Positions 36,525-51,030 of a stretch of DNA of 64,000 bases are shown here, in pieces. A program made the translations under genes and the position numbers. This stretch comes from Ascidiella aspersa (taxonomy: Eukaryota), in the NCBI GenBank assembly GCA_963924565.1, contig OZ004615.1, forward strand, positions 7,998,001-8,062,000. The letters run 5' to 3'. The notes beneath the pieces were generated by a model, which was given only the letters and a program-made list of their open reading frames with translations, was not told the DNA's origin and searched no databases. Numbering within the stretch: position 1 is the first letter of the stretch; each line of letters starts with the position of its first letter.

Positions 36525-39500
36525 GTGAGCTGCTGTGTGGAAGCATAATCAATTAATCAAAGTAGAATTCGACGCTGTGTTGAATTTAACAGAAAAAACA
36601 ATTTTCGGTAATATTTTGTTAAACCCGCTGCGGTTTATTAGTTCTGAGAAAAATGTATAAAGTTCATAGTTATACAGTCAATATTCCAACGCCAAAATAC
36701 ATATAATATTAACTATAATATATTTTCAAATTAATACCTATAGTATTCAGGAATAGCGGTAGACGGCCATAGAGGAGAATAATAATAATGAATCAAGTAA
36801 TATTTGTTTACTTTGCCTTGTCATCAGCTATGATATTTAGAGTTTTGGTTAAAATAAGTCAAAAAAATATCAGCTTAATGGACGCAATTTGCACAATTTT
36901 CAACCAAACATGCACACACGGATTTCAGCTATATAAGACCGAAATAAGAACAACATCAACACCCGACTAAATTGCAGTTCGGAATAAGACCAAAATAGGA
37001 CTAATATCTAAAAGTCGTAACAACGTGTAAATCGGAATAAGTTCTAAACCCTTCGGAGTGAGACTTAAATTAAATGGTGATCTTTTTACTGAACCCTAAA
37101 ACTTTATTATGTTGTTGCTTTTAATGCTATGGTATTATAGTTTTTTCTGCTTTAGATTTTATTGCCTTTCACGTCGTATTGTGTGTTTCCATAAACCCAT
37201 GCTTTTTTAACATTGTTTTAAAAGGGAAATGTTAAGAATGACGGCATAAAGATTAATCAAAACATGAAGCTACAAGTTACGTCAAAACGTTAAGGTAGTT
37301 TTATGTTAGAAATACGAAAAACACTCACGCTCCGCGTAAAAAAGCCTTAGTATCATTTAAAGTTGCCTAAACTTTTATTTAGCTGACTTAACTACCAGGA
37401 GTATAAACATACAACAATTTTTTTCCATCTTTACACAAAAGTGAAAAGGGATATTTTCCATACTTTTGGAACCCATAAAATACGATTGGTAATGTGTTAT
37501 TGGCAGTTTGTTTTAGCATAAAAAGTCTTGGCAGCTGTTTCGAAAAATATATTAAGCAAAAAAGTACAACGCACCAATGTCAAGGTTTCTTTCTTCGAAA
37601 AAGCTATTAAAAGTAGGCAAAGTTCTCTAAACCGCTATTGCGAGAGGCAGCATTCAGGACTTTTCCGGCCTAAGAAATTTTAGAAAGTGTGCCAAACTCC
37701 AAAATGACATAAAGAGAGTTGATCGATACATATTATGTAGGTGTGCCGCCTAATTGTTTTAGCTTTATTGGTGTGCCGCAAGTGAAAAAAAGGTTGCATC
37801 AACCATGCTTAAGAGATTGCGATGAGACACACTGTGCCTTCGAGCAATGAATTTAACAAAATGGGACAAGACTTACTAGAAATCTAAGCCAGATTCGCGC
37901 GAAATTGCCCCAAAAAACTAAATTTTACTTAAATTTATTTGCATAAACAATTAAACGTAATGGTAATGCTGATTTTTTTTAGTTTAATTTTACGTTTTTG
38001 CGAGTTGATAATTTTATTGATAATCACTTTAAATATTTTTTATTTACAAAACACTGTAAAATTGGGTGTGGAGCGTTAGTCGAGCTCATATCCTGTATGT
38101 ACCACAAGCAAATTCAGTGAGAGGAGTTAGAAAGCTGAATAATACAACGTTCGGTGGCGATAAAGAGGCAAAGTAACGCATCATATCATTCCAAGCACTG
38201 CTGGAACACTAATCTTTCTCCATTAACAGTTTAACCCTAAACAAAATTAATACAATAATCGCAAGCCGTTTAAATTAAAGTTCCACGTTCAAAAATTGAT
38301 ACATAGAACACAAAAATTCACGTAAGACGTAAAAATTACTTTTTCCGCTTTCCGGTTTTGCCTTGAAGAATGACTTCAACTTTTAAAGCACAATGACACT
38401 ATTGTGAAACTGCAAACTACAGCTAGGGGCATAGATAAATATATACTGCCTGGAAAGTTTGCCGAACGTTGTAATATACCTTCTGGCAATTTCAAAGGGT
38501 ATCAGCCAGGCTTGAGATAATTTTTAATTATGATACAGTGGGAAATATTTTCATTAAACTTGGTAATTGTACTTTTTTTAATTGTTTAGTACATAAAAGG
38601 GTTTAAAAACAGCCTTTTTGCAAGTTTAAAGCAAAGGTCTCGTAGTTGGTAGGTCGCGTTATAGTTTGTTGGTGGCTGCTATTGTACGCCACACGAAAAG
38701 TCCGCACAGCTATTATCACTATGCTAACATGAATCAAAGTGTTTGCTCGCCGGCCATATGTCTTTGTTTTACTGGAAGTGTTTACCTTTCTTGCGAAATC
38801 ACGGTCGCAAGGTTTCCGAGAAACGAAACGCTTTACGGGAAAATTGCACTTGCACTATTGAGTGCTTCGCCATAGCTGCATTCACATCAGAAGCAATGGA
38901 ACTAAATCCATGGTGAAACTTCGTTTAAACATTTAACTTGTGTGATAACTAAGTGCCATTAAAGTGTTTAACCGTAATTTGACACGTAAAATGCAATGTT
39001 TCGTAAATTGTTACTTCAGGAGGCACTTGTAAACGGTCTAACCATGCATATTGTCTCCCAAAAGCAAGAAAAGCAAATGCGATATGTGTTTTTATTACCG
39101 ATTTTTTTCTAGCATTACTTTTACGTTTCTATTACACAGACACATTACTGCATTCTTTTTAAAGTACTGTACAATCAATCGGACAATAATCCGACTGTGA
39201 AAATGAAAATAAAAAATAAAGCCATTTATATTGTAATAATGTCATAGTATAAAAAACGTTCAAGACATCCTTTGTCGGAAGAAGTTAGATATAAATTTAA
39301 AACATTACATAGTTTAATGAACTAGCGGATTCGCAACTGGGTGCCGTGAGACCATGCCAGGTGTGCTTGCGATTTTTAAAAGGTTTTAAGCTTGCGTTAT
39401 TAAAAGAAACGTTTCAATAATTGGACGAATTAAGATCAAAATGTGCACCAAAGAAAGCGATTTGCAATAGTGGGTACCTTTCCTAATATTTAAAACTTTT

Positions 39501-40439
39501 TCAAACCCATTTAACGTAGGAGTTAAAAGTCATATTTTCGACAACCGGGCGACCAGTGCTTGTCAGCCTTTTTCGGAACACTACACACTTTTGACGTTTT
39601 CTGAAGAACTTGTACACCTTAGACCACGCAATGCAAAATAAACTGTCAACCGTTATGAACAATAACGATTATCAAGAGAAATATTCGGTTATGATGCCAC
39701 AAATTACAAGCTACGTACGCTTAAATACATGTTGTGCCATGTATTGTACACTCCAGTCTGCTAATAAACCCTGTTGTTTTATGATAGCTGAGCATATAGG
39801 CTTTATTGTAAGGCGGTATCTTGTACACCGCAGTACACCCCACCAATATGGTACACCCTTTAACAACTCTGCCCGAAACTCGTAAAAAATACAGAAAAAT
39901 TAAAGATTAAGGAAAGTAGTATACGTCAATATGTTGAGGCCTAGTCTCATTCAACCAAATAACATTCATTTGAAAGACTGCATTGGATATTTGTTCACGT
40001 GTCTATTGTCGATGGATATACAGATAATAGGTGGGTGTGCCGCCGAACTTCGGTGTTTTTAGTCATTTTCGCAAACTAAAATTAATACAGGTTTTTTTTT
40101 TCATTTGCCAGCGGTTCATCTGACAATTTTCCAAGGCGCACAGGTTAAACAACGCGGAATTAATTTATTAAATATGTCACTATGCTACATCCTAGCGGTT
40201 CGTATATCAACGTCAGAAGTTTATAACCATTCCGATACAAACAATTGAGCGCAACCACGGCCGCTTAATTGCATAAACTATTTCGTTTTATTAAACAAGG
40301 TAAAACCATAACATACAATCTCAGCAAAAGGCAATCACAAGTATTTAGTTGAATCATAGGATGGCTCCTAAACTGGTTTTCAACGATTTCCCAGCTATAT
40401 TTAGTGTTTCGACAAATGGTCTTTTAAACTAGAAAATGT

Positions 40440-40452
40440 TATATATATATAA

Positions 40453-40482
<30 letters not shown>
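40440..40482. repeat. imperfect (TA)n microsatellite
   Basis: Direct reading. Confidence 0.9.
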
Positions 40483-40483
<1 letters not shown>

Positions 40484-41354
40484 CAATTTTTAGATGAAAA
40501 AAACAAAACTTTTGTCTAAAAATTAAAAAAACAACTTCTGCAAAGTGGATCATTTTAACGATTTACGACGTATCTGCCCTATATGTATTGCACAAGCCGT
40601 TACTTTCCTAATACATTTACGCCTTTTCATAAGCTGGAGTTTGGGTCAACTTACAGAGGTACACATAAATTTATTTTTTATTTTTTGTCTTGATTTTACG
40701 ATTTGCGAATTTTATTGGACATTTCACTTCATCTAACTGTGGCAAATAAAATCCACCGAAAACAAACCATAGTTTAACGTAATTTGGTAATTCGATTATT
40801 TGTTTGTTTTTTAAATGGAAGACCAAATCATTAAAACACGTTATTTCACAATTCATATAATTTATATTACTTATGACAACTGGTAAACAAAGGGGAAGAT
40901 TAGCCCAAAGTGGAATAAGCTGCGACATACCGACGGCTGGACGCATTAAAATAAGGGCTATTACAAAGTCCACAGGTTTGTGCGCATCACTTGAGTAAGC
41001 AGGGCGCTAAAATAAATAGTTTCCGAAGGGACAAACGGTTCACGTTAGTTAACCGTTTTGGTGTTTTTTTATAATTTCAAAGCAAAACTCTTTAATCGGG
41101 TGGCTATCACATACGACGGTGCAGCTTTGTTGGTAGGATTTTCAAGCCATAAAACAAAAATAATTTCTTTGGTTTATTAAATGCTACTTTTTTTCCTGTC
41201 AAATAACAATAGAGCAAAGTGCGTTAATTTTCGACTTTAACACAAGCGTTCAAACACCCCAAATATATATTTTTTGGTTATTCTACTCAAAATAATTCCA
41301 ATGGGCAAGTGTTCCCCTTAATCCACTTTGCGGTCGTGGCTTTTTAGGCCTACA

Positions 41355-41361
41355 TATAAAA
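41355..41361 (+). promoter_or_regulatory. TATA box of proximal SDR-A promoter
   Basis: TATAAAA starting 55 nt upstream of the ATG of exon 1b. Confidence 0.55.
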
Positions 41362-41409
41362 GTACACAAGGTTTTGCAGTGGCAGACAGTCGCGTGACCT
41401 ATAACAGTC

Positions 41410-44400
41410 ATGAACATTTTATATCTTATCTGGGAGGGTTTGTTTTCTCTGCTTGAATTTATTGTAAGGTAAGAACGTGATTTTAAAGTAGGATTTTGTT
41501 TTTGTAGTAACCATTACGATCCATTCTACTATGGATCAAGAATTGAAATTAATTATTGTAAACAAGAAACAAAATTATGTTGTCCACAGTTCGCAGTTTC
41601 TAGTATCAAAATTGGTTGATAGCCTTGTTAAATTTATTTAAATAAAGCTTACAATAAATACAATTATATGAGGATACAATCGGGTAATGATGAAGTGCAC
41701 TTAGGTCACTGATTTTAAATTTTTATTTAGCAGGTTTCCTCTCTCAGAAAATCTACGAAACATACCAAGAAAATTCTTACATTGGAAAACTGAGTTAACG
41801 CCCAATTATGACATATTGATAGATCCATTAAAATAATAATCTAACAAAAAAAAACTGGCAGAATCATAGGACGTCGGTAATTTCCAGAATTGCCAAAAGT
41901 TCAATTCGTTTGCGCATTTCAAAGTGGCCAGGTTTCATACATGTTATACTTGATGAACCGGCCTTTTATGTCAAGTGCGTTTTGTTCAGACAGCAAAATT
42001 TACTAACTTTGTGTTCTTATATGTGAAATCCTGGTGTGGGTCAAAAAATAACCAGAATGTTTGTATTTTTTTTTAAATCCTCAGCAGGCCCGTAACTGTT
42101 TCCATTCCACATTCCGTGTAAAAACTGATACTAGCTGTGCTAAGGACATTAGTGTAATACCAAATTATATTTTCGTTTTCTTTATTTAACATTGTCTTGT
42201 TTTAGTTCACTTCACCCCACTTGGTTTGTTCTCTTGCCTTCCTACTTTTGCGTTTTCACTGATTCCCACTAATTGATTTTCGCCTTTGTTTTGTTGCTAA
42301 AGGGCAATTCCTTGGAAACCCCGACAGTCTTGTTTTGAGCGTGGTACACTGTATTTGTTAAGTACACTGTAGTTGTTTTATGACCAAGCGAGCTAGCGTA
42401 CGCGCCAGCCGCTGTGCTACAGTTCGAGCTTAGTGTTGTCGTTCGCGCCACACAGTCATACTGATAATAAATACTGAAGTTCAACTTACGTGCGGCATCC
42501 GGTCAATGACAGGCCGTCAAGCAGCGAATAAGATATGGCGTAACACTATTGCACCCCATCAACATTATGTATAAGTTGACGCTTTCTTGCCAGATGGTTT
42601 CTGCCGGCTAACTACAAATCCGTGGAGGGCGAGGTGTGCCTCATCACCGGAGGAGGAAGCGGAATCGGAAGACTCATGGCGATCGAGTTCGCGCGACGTG
42701 GAGCAAACGTAGTCATCTGGGGCCGAAGCAAAACATGTAAGCAATTTTTTTTAAGCTGAGCCATACTCAGCTTAGGTCAGTGGCGTAGCCAGTCGATTTT
42801 TTTTTGGGTGGGGGGGCATTAAGTCGTTCATGCTAAAATTAAAATAACGCAATCGGAGATAAGAAAGCGTATAAGATAGTCACAACACACGCTTGCATGC
42901 TTACTTGTGAGGACATTATTTGCTGTTGGGTTTTAGGCATTATTAGGTATATATTGTAAGCACTCCAAATTAAAAAGGGTAACTTGCAATTTAATGCCTT
43001 TTCGCTGCTACAGCTCTGGAACAAACGAAAGATCTCGTCCGTGAGATGGGAGGATCAATTTTTTCCGACGTTTGTGACGTTGCTTCCCATGATCAAATCA
43101 AGGACGCAGCTGCACGGGCAAGGAAACAATTCGGAGAGATCACGATTCTAGTGAACAACGCCGGTTTGTCAAATTTGATCTGCTCAATTTTCGTTTTGAC
43201 TTAAAACTGTGGTGACCACACATTTTATATCTGATTCAAATTATTGTGCTTGGCTTATTTGAAATAAGAATTTAGTCAAACCTGAATGTCCTTAATATAG
43301 AATATTTTATATTGGAATATATATGTTAATCAGTGTAATATAACCATAATGTTTTAAATAACAACAACGAAAAAAGTGTTCTTCTAAAACTATTAGACTC
43401 AATTGCAAACTTCCAGGGGTGGTTTACTGCAAGCAGTTGTTGGACCTAAGTGATCAGCAAATCGAGCAAACATTTAATGTCAACTCGCTTGCACACTTCA
43501 GAACGATCAGGGAATTTCTTCCGTCCATGAAGAAAAGCGATCATGGCCACATCGTGAATGTAGCAAGCGTCGTCGGTAAGTTTTAGCAAAAGTTTTACAT
43601 ACATATTGCCGCAGAAAGATTGGTGAAGTGTAATGTCGTCTCTTTTGACGCTGTACTCAAACTTTTATAGGTTCGAATATATTCAGTTCCATTAACTGAT
43701 GATGGTATAACTGCCTATCAAAACGTCCTTACCACGATGATGTCGATTTACTCGACCTTGTTGGCATTGGCGTTGATTTTTAGTCTACACAGCAGATCCG
43801 TGCATAGTGTATACCTAACTTAGAAAGACTTTGTTAAAAATATTATGATGCTACATATTTTTGGAAACTCAAAGGCTTTACGCAATGCATTTCAGGCGGA
43901 GGTTTATTGTCAAGGGAAAATTTTGTAAGAGTCAAAGTACAATCAATACTTCAACCCAATGTTGTAAGCACCGTAAAGTTGCTCAATTATTAACGAAATT
44001 TCTCTTTTTCTACACATCGGTTCAGGTTTATCGGCAAGTCCTGGTATGCCTGCCTATATTGCGAGCAAACACGCAGCTGTTGGTCTAAGCCAGGCTTTGT
44101 ACTTTGACTTGCAAAAGGAGCAGTGCAATGGGGTCAAAACGACCTTGGTGTGCCCTTATCACATCCACACTGGAATGTTCACGTAAGTCTGCTTGCTAAA
44201 ATGTTATTCGTTTATGAAGACGACGTGATTTACACAATTTTTATTTCTTGAATGAATATATTATTGTCATTTGTTGTATTAATTAGAAATACGTGAACAA
44301 ACTCAGGGGCCGGAGTCAATATTACTACTGTAAAACTGACCGAAATTTTATGAATTTATTATAAGTTTTGTTACTCATCTTGAAACAGCTCTTTGTTTAA

Positions 44401-44741
44401 AGATTTGTTTAGAAATTTAATTTTTTTTGAAAGGAGCAGTTTGAAATCGCTTGAACATTTCTTTCTAAAAATAAATAGGTAATAAACGTCTCATTTCCAG
44501 TGGCTTTAAAATCGACAAGGAATGGCTCATGCCGAGCCTGCAACCTGAAGAGACGGTGGAAGCCATCATGCACGCCGTCCTGACGAACCGTCCCTTCGTG
44601 GCGGTGCCTCGATTGATGTACGTCTCTTACAACATCGCATCCTGGCTGCCTATGAGGCTTCAGGCCGCCATTTATCGCTTTATGGGAATCAACGATGCTG
44701 TGGACGGTTTTGTGCCAACACGCGTGTACCAAAAAGTGTAA
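41410..44741 (+). CDS. SDR-A: SDR16C-family short-chain dehydrogenase/reductase (retinol dehydrogenase/retinal reductase-like), 302 aa; exons 41410-41468, 42594-42736, 43014-43163, 43417-43575, 44026-44182, 44501-44741
   Basis: Six exons with GT/AG ends total 909 nt in one open frame. Motifs: TGGGSGIG (Rossmann), [21 protein letters not shown], catalytic [17 protein letters not shown]-terminal helix region; N-terminal hydrophobic anchor. AATAAA at 45042-45047. Confidence 0.93.
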
Positions 44742-45239
44742 AACCTCGGCAGCTCCGCTCGGTTTAAGTGACATGATGATATTGATATGCATAAATGATT
44801 TTTCATATCGCTTTTACCTCAGTTTACCTTTTAAGTAAATAGGGTGCACGAGTTTGTCACAACAACTTTTAGGGTTTACCAAACCAAAAAAGGTTGAAGA
44901 GCACTGCGTTAGAATAAGTAAGACCAGGATCAGGGGAAAAAATACAGACGCAAAAAAAATGTTTCCTGACATGCTGCGTAAACGATGAAATTTAAACAAA
45001 TTTAATCGAAACGAACCCAAATGTCCTGCTCATATAACGTCAATAAAGATTTTATTTATTTCATATAGGTGTTCAAATTTGCTTCTTATGTAAATTGTGT
45101 GCTATTTCAATAGTTTGTCGATGCTAAAAAAAATCGGACAAACCATCATCACAGTACTGCTTCCTTGTTTACTGACATATTCTGAACAGTTTTACTGCTT
45201 TAAATACAATTTTATAATGTATTATTGCTTCCTATACGC

Positions 45240-45908
45240 CAGTGGTTCCCAAACTGTGGTTCGCGTACCACCAGTGGTACGCAAGAATTTTTCAGGTGGT
45301 ACGCGACTAACTTCAGCATACTGACAAATTTGAAAAAAACTTTCAACTTTTAAAACTTTAAGACAGGGTAATTTGTAATGTCGTTTTAGTTACCTTTGGT
45401 TTTGCACGTTTATGGCGTAATGCTTATCTTGTTCAAGATAATAAAACGCTAACTGGTTTAATATGTATGTAATAATAATGCACTGATAGCAGCAGTGGAG
45501 TATTGATATTTCAATCATATTATTATTGGACAGTAGTACTAATTTCTTCTAAAATAAAGGAATAGTGAGAGAACTATATTTCGTTAAAAAAATTGGGAAC
45601 ATGTTTAAACGAAAGTACAGTCAGGGTCACCTAAAGTACGGGTTTATAGCTATTGAACACAATGGAAAAATTCTTCCACAATGTGTATTTGTATGAAATA
45701 TGTTATAATGCTTGAACCTAGTGATCAAACTAGTAAATTTCGACAAAACATCTGCCCTTCATACTCGGTTGTTTAAATTTTCTTATCTATATGCTAAAAT
45801 AGTTATAGTTTGAGATATTCTAGTCGGATGTAGGCCTAACTTAGGTGGTACATGAACACTGTACAAAAGCTCAAATGGTACGCGAGAAAGAAAGTTTGGG
45901 AATCACTG
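45240..45908 (+). mobile_element. non-autonomous Buster/Charlie hAT with a transposase N-terminal relic
   Basis: TIR CAGTGGTTCCCAAAC / GTTTGGGAATCACTG; TSD CTATACGC/CTATACGT; ~45607-45690 encodes KRKYSQGHLKYGFIAIEHNGKILPQCV (ZBED5/Buster-type start). Confidence 0.88.
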
Positions 45909-46793
45909 CTATACGTACTTGTAAATAAAATTTCTATCTATATGTTTTATCTGCCTGAAATGAACTTACCAATGCGTACATAGATTTTGCGTATTTTTGT
46001 TTCGAAGAAAATATGTTTAGCGAAAGGAAGTATGTTTTATGGAAGGAAAAAAATGGTTGTTTGGTACTATACTTTTCAAATCAATATTACCGTTTTAAAC
46101 AAGCGACTTTAAATGAATATAACGACGGCAAAGGCGCTCTTTCGGTCCCGTTACCCTTCTGGATCCTCCCCTGTTCAGTTCACTGACCTACTTAACTATT
46201 CAGTTTCAACATAGTTCCGCAATCAATTTAACACCGCGGAAGCCGTTTATAAGACACTGTTATCACGATTGGAATTAAAGGAATCAGTCAGTTGTTTGGA
46301 AAATTTGGATGTGTGTTGGGAACCGATGACCTATATAGGATAGACTATTAGCTCGCAAAAAGTAAGCTTATTTTATAAGATCGGTGGTGTGCAACCTTTT
46401 GAACAGGACGGCCTTACACGTGTATCCAGATGAGGACACAGGGCAAACTTGCACTTCTCATAAACTATCTGTTGGACATGAGGGGGAGTCGATGTATGAT
46501 TTAATGTCAAAACACTTTAGTTTTCTGGTAAACTATAGTGCGGTAATAGGTCACATAAATTGAGTCTGATCAATCCAAACTCAAATATTGCGACTTTATC
46601 GGTTAAAATTGGCAGTACGTTTTCTTTGCAAGGAGGCCTGACGACGTTTGCACCTCAAAAACACATTGATTAATATACTATGGCATTCATTAAGACAAAC
46701 TCAGCGTAAACAGCATTCGCGAACCGCAAAAAACATAACTTGCGGGTTCTTGTGAATAAAAATAGGGTTGTTACGGACGGTGCACACCTATAA

Positions 46794-47453
46794 AAAGCGC
46801 ATTAACTACATAGGATAATTTGGAAAAATGCATTTTGCTCTAAAATCGAAATCATTTGTTATTAATATATTTCAAGATGGCAATGAGGCCGTTCTACTAC
46901 TCATAGTATTTTCTATTTATTTTAAGAAAAATATTCAAAGATAAGTTGGTTGCCACTTGTTTAAAACATATTCAAGGAAAATACAAGATTGGATGATTTT
47001 TGCATCCACATATTCAAAGTAAATCAATATATATTATTTATTGGTTTCAAGGCCTGTTTAAAAATCAATCAAACATTGCTTATGCTGTTTATAAATGTCT
47101 TTTTTCTTGTTTATAAATGTCGTTTTTCTTGTTTATAAATGTTGTTTTTTCCCTTTTAAAGTTGGTCTAATGATATGCCAAATTGGGTTGACAGGCCATG
47201 ACAGAAAAACCGAAAGGGATACCTGGTCGGAATAGGATTTGTTTTAGGAAAGTAACTTTCACTTTGTAATAACAGAAGCGCAGTAAAAATGTACAACGCA
47301 ATAGAACTGATTTCTAAACAATTCAGCAGAGTACATCGACAAGATCCATAGATAAAACTACACAGATGCACTCTTGCGCCACCATGCGATCACCGCCTTG
47401 CCTTTTTAAATCGCAAACCTTAATTTTGCCATGTCGTTCTAGTCGTTTAAGTT
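46794..47453 (-). repeat. second, uninterrupted copy of the same repeat (empty site); internal 22-bp triplication at ~47086-47150
   Basis: Reverse complement reads ...gaaaccaataaataatatatattgatttactttgaatatgtgg... with a single copy of the target. Confidence 0.85.
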
Positions 47454-49853
47454 CTAAAGTTGCCTTATGATTTTTTGGTATTAATAAACATAAAGATTCG
47501 AATAAAATAAAGCTTCAACTTTATTAAAAAAATGATTGTTTTTGCGGTTGAATAACGTAATTAGCTTCAATTCGGCCTATCATACTATGCAGTTGTTGGA
47601 ATAACGCATTTAATTGAAGCAGGGGTTCTCAAACGATATCAACAGTGTGTCCCGATAGATTCTTAAATGTGCAAGAGACGTTTTTCAACTTTGGAAAAAT
47701 ATCCATAAGCATTACAAACAGCCTTTGAAAAAAATCGCGAGAGACTTAATACCTATTTTACACTGTATAACACAAGGTTTCCAAACATCCAGTCTGTGTC
47801 CTCTTTTAATTTGGTAGAAAAAGCCTTCAAGTTTGACATTGGTAAGAAGTAAATGTTTAACTTACGTGTATCTAAAGGGGGGTTGTGTACTAGGCGTGAC
47901 ATATGCACAACGAAAGGCAGAAAAAATGTAACGCTCTGTGTGAAATTGATCTTCTCGTTCTAATCTATGGAAACTTGAAAAACCCGTGGCGCGAACTCCA
48001 GCCGGCCATCCACGCAAGATTTCGAAAGGCCTACAGTACAGATCGGTGTAATGATTAGTGCAATTGTATTTTTATCTAAAAATGAGAAATTTTGATCTAG
48101 AAATTAAAATTAACAAATTTTTTTGACAAGCATTTGACAGTTGTTAAGCAGATAATTTTTATTTCAAGGACTGTATTAGCGTCTCAGTTTTGTCAGTTTT
48201 TTGTTAACTTTTTACACAAATTCTATAAAATACTTGGGTATATGCAAAATGTAAATTGTAAATCAAAGACAAACATAGATAAAATCATTTCTTTTGGATA
48301 AAGAAAACGGTGGTTACTTTAGCATATTTCCCAGTAAACAATTTAGTTAAAATGTATACAGGATAAAAATTACTCATCATATTTCGAAATACGAACTGCG
48401 TAGTAGCAAATAATCACCAAAAGTGTAAGCAGCAAATACTGCTTAATACATTTTTCAAAATTACAGATATACGCAATATCTGAATTCAAAGCAAATTACG
48501 AGCTGAACCTAATGCAATAAACCGGGCTTGTGGAACCCTAAAAAATAACATGCAGTTAAAATGTTGTTAAATAAAATTTAAAATTAAATTTTGATAAATT
48601 TTTTGATAAAGAACGATAATTTTAAGCTCATAAAGATTCCTACTGTTTGAGTGCAAAATAACTATTTATATTTTCTTCGTTTGTCGATTGGCGCTAATTG
48701 GGTGTATTTGTAATTTAGAGTTGGACTTTGCGAGTAAACTGCCTGTTTATAACAGCTGCTTTCAAATTGAAGTAACGAACGATGATAGATAAGTGTTTCC
48801 TGCATTCGTACAAGACCACTCAAACTATGTTTTGTGTTTTTTGGCCTAAAAAAATTAACGGTATGAGCTTTCAAAAAGGATGTGAATTGTCATAGATTTA
48901 TACCTCAGATGTTTATTGTGAAAATTTTTTTTGAAAGTTAAGCGCATCTCTTTCGTCCATTAAAAGCAAATAATTGCTAAATAAAATAAGTTAATAACAA
49001 GAAACGAATAAAAATGTTTGAAAATGATTCATGCGAGCGGGTGTATTTGGTTGTAACTGCAGATAAACAATGGTTAGTCTTACCACTGACTTATGACCGT
49101 TTTGTGCTTACGCGCAAATCTAAATCTTGAGAATGTAAAAAAATTAAACTTTACATACATATGTTCGCGACTCATTAACGTTAGCTGTAGGGTACCACTT
49201 AGGATATCCGATAATATAGGATCGTAGCCTGGTATTATCGGTACTCGGCCGATACCAGGAATTAATCTGTGAGTTTCAGCCGTGATTTGCGTTCCAATTC
49301 AGTGTATCTACCTTGTTGTCAAAAAGTATCTGGCTAACACCTAGACGTAGTTAAACTTCCTATTTTTATCTACAATTTAATCTATTTTGCTTGTTTGTAC
49401 ATTAAAATGACGTCGTTTAATATCGCATCACGATACTTTCTGTCCACAATTGGGTATAAATATCAAAAAATGACAAGTATCTAACACCTTATAGTCTCAA
49501 TAAACCATGCACACACATATGTGTTAACAACTGAGATCTAGCTCTCCTAAAGCTGATTTTTGACCAACCATTGCGGCTTACGTATCATCCTTAGTCTCCT
49601 TAATAAGGTAAGGGAAAATGCTTTTTAGCATTGAACAAGTTCGAATCTTTTCAGTTTTCTATTGTAACACAAAGTCATTAGAATGATGCCGTTCGCCAAT
49701 CCAGGTTTTGATTCAAATAAAATGTCATTTAACGTTTAGGCAAAAATTTTAGATCAGTATTTACAGACATGATTTAGTTTCTATTAAGATATGATTTTAG
49801 TGGAACATTCGCTTTACCCTTTTGGCCACTTCATGTATCTATGCTCTTTAGAT

Positions 49854-51030
49854 CAGGGTTCGGCAACCTTTTTTGCACTGCGGACCGGTTTAAAACTGAA
49901 ACTTTGTCGCGGCCCGGCCTTACAAAAACAACAAATGCCAGTAAAGAAAATTAATTAACTTTTTCAATGCGATATCGGCAAACAATTGCTCCCATCTAAG
50001 AATTATTAAACCTAATGAAACCCTTGGGTGGCATATGGCCCGCCAAGCAATTTTACTCAGCCCGCGGTTCATGTCAATAAAACTTTAACGGTTTTTCTTA
50101 ATTTACACTTGTATATCATTAAATTACAATTGAATATCATTATTACCTATTCCTACTCTTACCAGCTTGTCAAAATAAAATATTTAAAACTTATTTTTAA
50201 ATAGTCACACTTTGTATAATAATCATTTCAGACCCGTTTTTTAACCAGGCCCCACACGACACTTTCTATATAGTTACGTAATACAAAAACTTGAAAATAA
50301 TATTGGCAATATGAAAAAGTACGAACCACAGACCTGCACTTAAAAAGTATAGAAGATACATATAAAAGGATACCAGATTGGCTTTTTGACAACAAATTTA
50401 AAAAATCTGTTTTTTTTCAACGTGGTTGATGTTAAAAAAATCATTTAGACTTTTTTTTTTCTGTCATTTTTATCGAGGCTAAAACTAAAAATGTAGAGGC
50501 TAAAACTTGCTAAAACTAATTAAAATGCATACGTTTTTTGAAACCTTTCCTTCTTAAATATTAAAAAAATAAATCATTTCATTATGGTACATTCTTTATA
50601 AACATTGTTTGCATGAATTTATTCTATTGCACTTTTGGGTGAGAACGCTTGAATAATAAAAATCATGACATTTTAGCGGTAGCCCATTTTGCGATATATT
50701 GTCAGTACTAGGAATTAGATTTTGCAATAAAAATATGCATTTTTGGATGTTGAGAGCGATTTGTGTAACTCATGTGGATACAGCACACTAGCTGTTTTGA
50801 ACCTCACGAGAGCCTGTTACTGATTGCGTATCATACCAGTCAGTATATTTAAACAAAAGTTAATGTGTTTTGAATATAAAAATACGTCTGTTTGTAAATG
50901 ACCTTTTTCCAGGTTTTTATGTACAGTTCGGGTTTAAACCAAAATTTTAATTTGGCAACCCTGCTACGGACCGGTAACAAACTCCTCGCGGACCGGCACC
51001 GGTCCGCGGACCAGCGGTTGCTGAACACTG
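49854..51030. mobile_element. hAT MITE (probably with nested fragments)
   Basis: TIR CAGGGTTCGGCAACC / GGTTGCTGAACACTG; TSD CTTTAGAT; GCGGACCGG subterminal repeats. Confidence 0.88.

Noticed and set aside
35500-42600. Retinoic acid response elements near SDR-A
   Set aside because: Only isolated or degenerate half-sites were noticed by eye; no convincing DR2/DR5. A PWM scan is needed.
43690-43740. Hammerhead-like CTGATGATGGTA...TATCAAAACGTC in SDR-A intron 4
   Set aside because: GAAA is AAAA and no stem I can form; at most a dead relic.
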